A stretch of DNA of 33,327 nt. Origin: Caecitellus pseudoparvulus (Eukaryota > Protista > Bigyra: Bicosoecida). The notes beneath the pieces were generated by a model, which worked only from the letters and a program-made list of their open reading frames with translations, did no database searches and was not told the origin of the DNA. The stretch covers positions 1 through 33,327 of the forward strand of contig CBFFRQ010000170.1 in NCBI GenBank assembly GCA_965644315.1, in the 5' to 3' direction. This document shows, piece by piece, positions 8,333-17,200 of the stretch. The translations under genes and the position numbers were made by a program. Position 1 is the stretch's first letter; each line of letters opens with the position of its first letter.

Positions 8333-9462
8333 CCTCTGCCATGCCTTCTACCTGCCCCAGCCTGTGCAGTACTGCCGTGGGTCCTTCATCATGCCTCAGC
8401 GCCTCCACCGTGGCCCCCACGTGGGTCCCGGGCCGGCCAGCAGGCCTCCACGCAAGAGCCAAGTAGTGCCACAGCGGCCCCAAGGCCCGTCTAGCAGCTC
8501 AAGTGGCTCCTCTGCCATGCCTTCTACCTGCCCCAGCCTGTGCAGTACTGCCGTGGGTCCTTCATCATGCCTCAGCGCCTCCACCGTGGCCCCCACGTGG
8601 GTCCCGGGCCGGCCAGCAGGCCTCCACGCAAGAGCCAAGTAGTGCCACAGCGGCCCCAAGGCCCGTCTAGCAGCTCAAGTGGCTCCTCTGCCATGCCGTC
8701 TACCTGCCCCAGCCTGTACAGTACTGCCGTGGGTCCTTCATCATGCCTCAGCGCCTCCACCGTGGCCCCCACGTGGGTCCCGGGCCGGCCAGCAGGCCTC
8801 CACGCAAGAGCCAAGTAGTGCCACAGCGGCCCCAAGGCCCGTCTAGCAGCTCAAGTGGCTCCTCTGCCATGCCTTCTACCTGCCCCAGCCTGTGCAGTAC
8901 TGCCGTGGGTCCTTCATCATGCCTCAGCGCCTCCACCGTGGCCCCCACGTGGGTCCCGGGCCGGCCAGCAGGCCTCCACGCAAGAGCCAAGTAGTGCCAC
9001 AGCGGCCCCAAGGCCCGTCTAGCAGCTCAAGTGGCTCCTCTGCCATGCCTTCTACCTGCCCCAGCCTGTGCAGTACTGCCGAGGGTCCTTCATCATGCCT
9101 CAGCGCCTCCACCGTGGCCCCCACGTGGGTCCCGGGCCGGCCAGCAGGCCTCCACGCAAGAGCCAAGTAGTGCCACAGCGGCCCCAAGGCCCGTCTAGCA
9201 GCTCAAGTGGCTCCTCTGCCATGCCGTCTACCTGCCCCAGCCTGTGCAGTACTGCCGTGGGTCCTTCATCATGCCTCAGCGCCTCCACCGTGGCCCCCAC
9301 GTGGGTCCCGGGCCGGCCAGCAGGCCTCCACGCAAGAGCCAAGTAGTGCCACAGCGGCCCCAAGGCCCGTCTAGCAGCTCAAGTGGCTCCTCTGCCATGC
9401 CTTCTACCTACCCCAGCCTGTGCAGTACTGCCGTGGGTCCTTCATCATGCCCCAGCGCCTCC
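8333..9462. repeat. 176-bp tandem repeat, about 6.4 near-identical copies
   Basis: Units start at 8333, 8509, 8685, 8861, 9037, 9213 and 9389 (partial, 74 bp), with only a handful of substitutions. Confidence 0.98.
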
Positions 9463-10680
9463 TTCATGGCCCACTGAGTCTACACCAGTCACCATCTGCC
9501 TGCGAATGACCACATGAGGTGTGCATGACGAAGCACTGCAAAGGCTGCATCAGGAGGATTGTTTCATGCCTTAAGACTAGTTCTTCATGGTCGGAGGCTG
9601 TGGCTCCCGCCTAGTTAACGTGCACGTCCACCTGCACAGAAGCGGAAATTGTGCCACGTCGCCGCAATTACCGCACACGCACCTGCTCTCCTTCGGCAAC
9701 GAAATGACCAGAGGGCACGAACTAGGCCACTTCCTGTGCTTATGACTCAACCAGAACTGATATAGAGATGCAGAAGTTTGATTCTACGTGCACCTTACCA
9801 ACTGGCTGGGCTGGGTACTGTGATCTTCATTCTTGAGTTGCGCGAATGTTCACAAAACAAGTTTTCGACCATGGACCAACAAGATATCACCCCAAGGAGC
9901 GGATACTGAAGTATCCTAGCACATGGCGACATATACAACGGACGAAAGTCTGTGTTTGTTGCAGAGCCATGCAAATGGTAGCCATGCTGATGTGAGTGAC
10001 CGCATAGCGGTTTGTAACATCTACTGTGAAGCTCCAGCTGAACCGCACATGAACGACTGCGGAAGTGAAATGCATTATATCTGACTAACCCATTGCGTCT
10101 AAGCTCCAGCCAGCCTGAGTGCGCAATTAAGGGTATGCACGAGGAAGATTGCGGAAACTGACTCCAACGCAGAGGCACCCTGCCCAATGTGAACTAGCTT
10201 CTCGTCCAGGATACGCACATGGATCATTTCAAGGAAAGCTACTCAATCACTACGAAAACATTTCAGCGTGATCAGCACGCACCAGCTTCAAAACGAGGCA
10301 TGGACTTGCTCATTCACTTGCTGAGGTGCCCTATCGCGCGGACACGAAAGACTACGCTGGCTTGGAGAAAGGAAGCAGGTCAGTGTTGGGACGTCACAGC
10401 GGACCGGAATCTGATCGGCACAACTCCTGGAAGGTCAAAACACTCTGCGCGTGGACACAAGTATGTGCTCAAGACCCCTCTACGGCGAGTTGTCGGGGGT
10501 AGAGTTGCTTTCGTCCGAAGGCCAGTTGTGCAGAGAGTGTAGACGAGGAGGTGCACTTTTCCTTGGCAGGTCTGATTCAAGCGGGCATGACTCCACACAC
10601 TCCACGTACAGCGTCCAGACTGCTCTGTTCGTCCAGTTGCTCGTCCCAAGCAGCAACTCCATCAGTCTCTCCGAAGAGGC

Positions 10681-11620
10681 CCTTGCAGCAGTCAAAAGCT
10701 TATCTGCCTCCACCCCACACCTCTGCATCTCCGCTTCGCACCCGGGATTGGCGGAGGGTGGCACACCATCCCGAGCGTTTCGAAGTCATGGGTGCAGCGG
10801 AATAACATTGATTCATGTCTTCACTGTGTTGAACACTTTTCGCGCCGCGAGCGCCGCGGCGGGCCGCGCATCGGGATGGGTGTGGGAAGGCGTGGTGGCC
10901 CCGGAGGGCTGCGTCGGACATAGTGGCAGCCAGACTAATCAACTTCGGATCTTTCTGGCGAAAGGTAAAGGTGGGGGGCTCATTTTGATGCTTACATTCA
11001 TATAATTGCACTAGCGCATGATGGGCTGCCTTACGTGGCGTAAGATGCCCCTGCAAAGTGGGCCAGCATGGGCACCAATTTCCGCCAAGGCAGCTTGAGC
11101 GCCAGCTGCCTGCGCCAACTCCTTGCACGCAGCGCACGCGCACAAGTGGGTAATGAAGTAATCAACATGTGCTTTTGAGTTCCAAGCGCGATGTTTCTTG
11201 TCCGATGCAACGCCCCCCTGACAGGCCGTTTCGGGGCGCCTTTGGCTGAAAGGTGGAGCCGCAGCACGCGTCCTCGCTGGCACTGCGCTGTTTGCCGATG
11301 GGGCGCTTCACCGCCCCATGGAAACCGTAGGAAGGTTCCATTCGCTCGCTCCTCGCCATCCAAGGCACTTCGTATGCAACCCCTGGGCCAGCCACCACGT
11401 CCCCCGCCACCAGCACCCACGGCTCCGCCTTTCACTCCGGCAATTAATCAACCCGCCCCCACCCTTGCACCTTGGGAGCGCCCAGTTTCACGTGGCAACA
11501 CAAGAGAAGGGTGTCATCGGGCAGGTAGCTGCACGCATCGCTCCTCACAGGCGCCGAGCCTGCACCTCAAGCTCACGCTCAGGCCCCGAACCCGAGCTTG
11601 TGCCTGATCCTTTCGACGAG
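10681..11620. repeat. Diverged dispersed repeat, copy 1 (direct repeat of ~25951-26895)
   Basis: Collinear shared blocks include gccgcggcgggccgcgca, ttgatgctta, ttgcactagcg, gcccctgcaaagtgggcca, ccaatttccgcc, cacgcgtcctcgctggc and tcatcgggcaggta. Identity is roughly 60-75% by eye. Confidence 0.9.
11265..11620 (-). pseudogene. Stop-disrupted paralogue of the unknown gene at 26536-27164
   Basis: Translates SYLPDDTLLLCCHVKLGAPKVQGWGRVD*LPE*KAEPWVLVAGDVVAGP...GKQRSASEDA, with stops at 11444-11446 and 11432-11434. Confidence 0.75.
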
Positions 11621-12139
11621 CATGTGCTGAGAAGCAATGGAACTGCTCTCGTGTGAGGAAGAGTGGGGAGCATGGAGCGCCCTCGGGGCGGCACGGCATC
11701 CCAGCTTGATGCAACGGGAAAAGCAGCATGGAGTTAGCACGGCACCCGCTGCGAGTAGGGCCGTGGCTACACGAAGCTGCTTGAGGTCCGCCCTTGCCCA
11801 TGCCATGCGCCTTGGCCTTGGCGTCAATGCGGCCGCTGGCCGAGGGTGCCATGTGTCGAGCGTGGGTGGGGTGATCAAGGTGGAATGCAGGCGCCCATGC
11901 AGGCTGTGGCAAGGCTTCGAAATCACACCTCAAGCCACTTAACACCCCAAACCACGCCCTCCTTGCAGCTTTCGGCCTGGGCCCAGCCCCACCTTTGCGA
12001 AGCCTGGCCCGTACAAGTGCAGCGGGTTGCAACAAACGAAGCCAAGCCTTCAATTCAACCTGCACCTAGCACCCAAAGAAGCACCCCCACCTGTGCAGCT
12101 CGCGCACCTATGCAGTAGCAACCCACGCTACGAACAGCT

Positions 12140-12910
12140 CCATTTACTTTCGTCCGTGGCGAGTGCTCGAGTCGCCCAAGGCAGCGTCCTTGGCTGCCTC
12201 CGCCGCGATGTTCCCTGTCGCAAGCCAAGCCTGAGGAGCAGCCGCTCGAGCTCCAACCAGACCCATGAGCTCCCTGCATCCGCAGCACACCCCACCTCTC
12301 ATGAAAGACGAAACAAACTTCATCTCAGACGCGCACTTCCACACTTCGACCATTACTCAAGGCAACAAGCTCCCGAACCACGCCCAAGTGGTCGTTGGAG
12401 CTGGCCCACACAAACCCAAAGTCAAGCTTGCCTTCATCCCCAGCACTTACATCCACAGTGTGAAGGCCTGTCAGAAGCAACATCCCCTGAACAACAGAAA
12501 CGAGCCATTCTGACATGCCCATCGAGCGTCGAACTCTCCCTGAGCATGCACGCCGCAAGTCTGCTCGTCAGCCAGCCCAAGGCAGCTCACGAAAGACGCC
12601 CACATGGCCGCCATGGCGCATCTACACAAGCCCAACCTCAGATTCCTTCCCATCACTTGCATGTGTGTCCACAGCTCGGCCCCCTTAAAGTGCGAGAGCT
12701 CCCACGACACATCCACATGCCAGCCTGAAAGCAGCTCTTCACCTGGATCCACCTCTCGCGTGTTCGTCAGCTGCCCGGCCACCACGCAAGCTCAAAAGTG
12801 TCACCAACATCCCAGGTGTCCATGCTAGCGGGCGGGTCGAATCCTGGCCTCAGGCCCATTGAGGTTTGCTGTGTGCACGTCCACTACGCGCTCTCCTCCC
12901 AAAAACGAGA
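12140..12910 (-). pseudogene. Heavily decayed ankyrin-repeat gene (paralogue 2)
   Basis: Fragments lie in shifting frames: GGERVVDVHT, VHAQGEFDARWACQNG, VDVSAG...FVWASSNDHLGVVRELVAL and the tail AAKDAALGDSSTRHGRK. Confidence 0.7.
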
Positions 12911-12914
12911 GTCT

Positions 12915-13500
12915 CTACTCTGCCCGCAGAAGTAACGCAGCTCTGCGCCCCTGCCGAGTGCTTGTGCCGTCCCATACGGCATCTTTGCCAGCCTGGACAG
13001 CAGCCAGCCCGGCATCAAGCCTGACTTGCAGTGGAATGGTGCGACTGCCAGTCAGCGCCAGCAGCTCTCGCGTGACACCCACATTGCCCCCTTGAAATGC
13101 GAGGCGAAAGGCAACCCCGTTGCCCGTGTGCACGTCCACATCCCGCTCACCAGTCAGAGCCAAGAGTTCTCGCACTATTTCCACATGGCCAAATGCATAG
13201 GCTTCGCGGAAGCCAGCCTCAGGCACACCCCTTAGCCCGGCAGGTACTTCCACTGCCCGGCCACCCTCCAAGGTCAGGAGCCCACGGAACACTTCCAAGT
13301 GGCCACTCTTGCAAGCGCCTCGGAACCCTCCTTTGGGCCCAAGCTAGTCCCTTGCGTGCACATCCACGGCCCGCGGACCAGTCAGAACTACGAGTTCGCG
13401 CACGATGTTGTCATGACCACGCCCACATGCCTCCTGAAATCAGACCTCTCGCCCACCCAGGCCGCCAACATACACATCCAATGCACCTTCACCTGCCAAC
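12915..13500 (-). pseudogene. Ankyrin-repeat gene, 5' part disrupted (paralogue 1)
   Basis: Repeats such as GFREAYAFGHVEIVRELLALTGERDVDVH and AFRLAFQGGNVGVTRELLALTG. The upstream repeat GRGHDNIVRELVVLTGPRAVDVHARD* is cut by an in-frame stop. Confidence 0.8.
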
Positions 13501-14264
13501 GCCTGGACATAGCGGACTTCCTGCACCCTTCCGTCTCAACAAGCAGCCAGGAGTTTGGCTTCGCTTCTGCCACCTCCGTGTCCACCTCCCAGCATGAAAG
13601 GGCTGGTCAGGTCAAACGACATCATTGGCTCCAACAGCATGAAAGAGCCTGTATCTCCGAACGGTGCTTGCCATCCCTCCTCTGGCGCTGCTCCATGCGG
13701 CTGTCCATCCACAATGGTCCAGCAAGCAGATTCCGCAACTCCGCACGCACTGCAGCTGTCCCGTCTGCGCAGCAGGCTTTGCTGCAGCAATCCGTCCACG
13801 AGTGAGTATATTCAATCTACCCCTGTCGTTCACTTTTACGACTTTCTGCAGGTTTGAATTGCAGTGCATCTCGTGTTTGCGCTGGCGCTGGCACTGCTTC
13901 GCCCAGCTGTTGGCCACGCCAAACACCCACAGCTGGCGCTCCACCCTCCCTGCAAGGCCTGTTGCAGCAGCACACCAGATCCCAACTTTCAACCAAAGCT
14001 ACTTCACCATCTCACGCCGTCGCCATACTGCACACCTGCTCACGCTCCCCGCCAGACCGCGCAAGCGGCACACTTGAGCCACAGCAAGCAGCTCTGGAAA
14101 CTCAGCAGTCTCAGTACGCCCACCCTGACCTCATCCACGCACAATGCGCCCAGCAGTCACCTGTGTTCAATGGACATTGCCGTCACACAGCCCACAAAGT
14201 GCACAACGTCAGCCGGCCCGCACACAAGCTTCGCACCGCAGCCACTGAGCAAACTCAACACAAC

Positions 14265-17200
14265 TCAGTCTTTGGGCTGCAGGTTCTTGATGGCGTCAGT
14301 GATGCGCTGCTTGAGCGCAGTGGCCTTTTCCCTGAGCTGCTTCGCCACTTGAGAAGGGTCTGTTCCTGCCGCCAGGCCGAGGCCGCCGGCCAGGGGCATG
14401 GCGGAGTTGACCACTGCGCCAAACGTGCTGCCGCCCGACATGGCCTGCACGCCCAGCAGGATGAAGACGAGCATGATGACGAGCAAGACCACAAGCACCA
14501 TGAGGCTGTATAGCAAGACGTCCCACGAGAGGCCCATGGCTGAGAGGGCTGCTTCGGTGATTTCCCGCAGCAGGATGTGGATGCCCGCCTTGAACTCCTG
14601 GCGGTCCAGCACGTTGTCCGACTCGATGACGTCCAGAGACGCGAAGATGCGCTTGGCCCGCTCGTTGGTCAGGGGCAGCGACGCATTGGCAGTGAAGTCC
14701 ACGAACTCGTCGAAGGAGATGCCGCCGCCGTCCGTGTCAAAGGCGTCGTACAGCAGGTCGATGGCTTGGTCGGACAGGCGCCCGTTGACGAGGGGCAGGG
14801 AGGCGAACTTGTTGGCGAGCTTGGTCTTGGCGCCCGCCACGACGCTGTCCATGGCTGCCTTGGCCTTGTCCTTGGCAGCGTCCAGGGCCACCTTGGCCGC
14901 TGCAGTTGCCGCGGCAGTGGCGGCAGAGGCGGCTGCGCCGGGGGATGAGGTGTCGACTCCAGCCCGCTGCAGCTGCTCCACGAGGCCCGTGATGGTGTTG
15001 ATTATGGTCTCCAGGCGGTCCTTGTTGAAGCCGCCGAGCTGCAGCGCCAGCTTGCGCACGCCGGAGATGTCTCTGCGCGACAAGGACAGGATGGCGTCCA
15101 CGATGGCCAGGGCGCCGTGCTGCTCCACCGGCACCACGCTCTCCAGCAGCTGCATGATGTGCTGCTGCCGCTTCCCCAGCTCCTCCGCCACCGCCTTGCT
15201 CACTGCCAGCGCCTTCTTGGCAGAGCTGCCGCTGGTGGAGCCCGCTGCAGACACAGCCGCCGCAGCCGCCGCGCCACTCTGCCCTGCCGTTTGTGCTCGG
15301 GACGCGACAGAGGCAGCTGAGCCAATGACGGACTCAGCCTGTGACGCGGCGGCATTGGAGACGTCTTCCAGGGCACGCAGACGGGCCTGCATGAGCGCGA
15401 TGAAGTGCTGGATGACGCCGAGGGCAGCCACAAGCTTGGGCTCGTTCTGCACCAGCGCCTGCACGAAGACGGGGATGGTGGTGAGGAGCTCACCAGGGTT
15501 GCCGCGCAGGAGGATGCCGCCCAGCGTGACGGCCAGGAACTTGGGGTCGCGCAGGCGCTTGGCGAAGATCTCGTCGCCACTGCCCTGCGACAGGAAGTCC
15601 GTCACCATGCCCAGGGATGAGAGGGCGCCCTGTGCCTGGGAAATTCCGCCTGAAATGGCCCCTGCCGCACTGCCCACAGCTCCCAGAGCAGAGTCCCGCG
15701 CACCCATGATGTCTGCACTGAGCAGGGAGGACAAGTTGGCGCCGCCCACCATGCTGCTGGCGGCGTCCTGCGCCTGGCCCGCTGCTGCGCTGGCAGACGC
15801 ACTCAGCGCAGCCAGAGGCGCTGCCACAGACGTCGCAATGCCATGTGAGACTTGCGACGCTGCGAACTTGACCACCGCCATGGAGGCCTGTGCAGCCTGC
15901 GACACCTGCCCCTTGCGGGACCGAGCCGCCTTCCCTGACGTGTCGCGCTGCAGGACCGCCTGCACCTTGTCCACTGGCCCCAGCAGGCCCATGGCAGACT
16001 CGATGGAGGACGGGGACACGCTCTGCAGCAGCTTCACCTCTTCAAAGCTGGTCAGACCGGGAGGCAGCTCGTGGCCTCCCTGGGACACATCCCTGACGTG
16101 CTGCACGATGGCCTCGGCGGCCGGTTTGGGGAGGCGTCGCAGGAGGAGGCGGATGAGGGAGTTCCGGATGCTTTCGTTGTGCAGCAGAGTGAGCTGCACT
16201 GTGTTTTGTGTCAGCATGACGCGGGGAATGCCAAGGATGCGGCAGAGGCCCGTCCCGACGTCGCCTTGCATGAGGGAGAAGAAGCCGATGAGGACGCGGT
16301 CCACCTCTGGCAGGACAAAGGCCGGGTTGGCGCCCCACACAGCCCGGGACAACAAGCGCACAGAAGCGCCCTTCACGCCAAAGTACTTCTCCATCGTGCG
16401 GTTGGACATGCCCCGCAGGGACTGCAGTGGGTGCAAGCCCACCCCCACACTCCACCGCTGTGCCGCCTGCAGCACAGGCAGCACTCGGTCCAGCAACCAA
16501 GGCCGGCGGGTGGTCTCTTCGTCCCCGCGGTCGCCAGAGGATGCTGCCACAGCTGCAAGGGCAGGGCCGGCAGCCCGCGCCACGGGAAGAATGCGCAGCA
16601 GTTCTTCCGCAGGCGGCAGACGCCCTGTCACGAACTTCAGGATGGTGCTGAGCACACGGGCCGTGGCACGCACAGGCTTGGCCTTACCGCCAACGTCGTC
16701 GTCTTCCTCCCTGCAGAAGGGGATGTTGCTGAAGCGCGCAGACTCCACACGCGTCAGCAGCTTTAGAGCCCTGTCCAGGTCAATGCAGGCGCTGTCCCGC
16801 GTCAAGTCCAGGCCCGCCTCGGCGGAAGCACGTGCAAGGTCGTCGCGGACAGCCAGAGACTTGACAGCTACCGCGGCATCGTGGGAGGACAGCGTGCGCA
16901 TCTCGTCTTCGTCGATCATCAGCTGCACCGTCGCAGAGCTGCTGCGCGCATCACCCACGAGGTGGTGGAGCTGGTTCGTGTGTTCCTCCTGCTTCTGGGC
17001 GAACTTGTCGCTCATCTCCGCCTCCACGAACTCGTCCAGGCGGTCTCGCTGCGAGTACAGGTCAGACACAAACGCCATCTGCATGCGCATGGCATCGTGC
17101 ACGGGCAGGTTGGCGCCGTTCACTGCCTCCACCATGTCCAGGCGAAGCTCCTCAGCCACGGCCTGGGACGTGAGCAACTCCCCGATCGGGCGGTACCCTG

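Larger units (their letters stand above)
4159..9501 (+). mobile_element. 5'-truncated APE-type non-LTR retrotransposon (LINE); 3' boundary uncertain
   Basis: The APE-RT-CCHC ORF begins immediately after (TAACCC)3 and is followed by a tandem array. No poly(A) tail was seen, so the 3' end is a guess. Confidence 0.8.

Noticed and set aside
8370-8500. HDV-like ribozyme in the repeat unit (GCC-TCCACCGT-GGC resembles P3/L3)
   Set aside because: I could not build a clean P1 with a G at +1 or a complementary P2. A covariance-model search would settle it.
8333-9462. CRISPR array, or the repeated 83-92 aa ORFs as genes
   Set aside because: The units are contiguous with no unique spacers. The unit length of 176 is not a multiple of 3, and the ORFs are by-products of a GC-rich repeat.
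9901-9950. Hairpins GGATAC-TGAA-GTATCC and GAC-GAAA-GTC as part of a hammerhead ribozyme
   Set aside because: There is no CUGANGA core in a suitable position.
10085-10091. Single CTAACCC as the 3' junction of the LINE
   Set aside because: One 7-mer is expected by chance in 33 kb, and there is no other boundary evidence.
12830-12850. GGTCGAATCC resembling a tRNA T-loop or B-box
   Set aside because: No cloverleaf can be formed, and it lies within decayed ankyrin coding sequence on the other strand.
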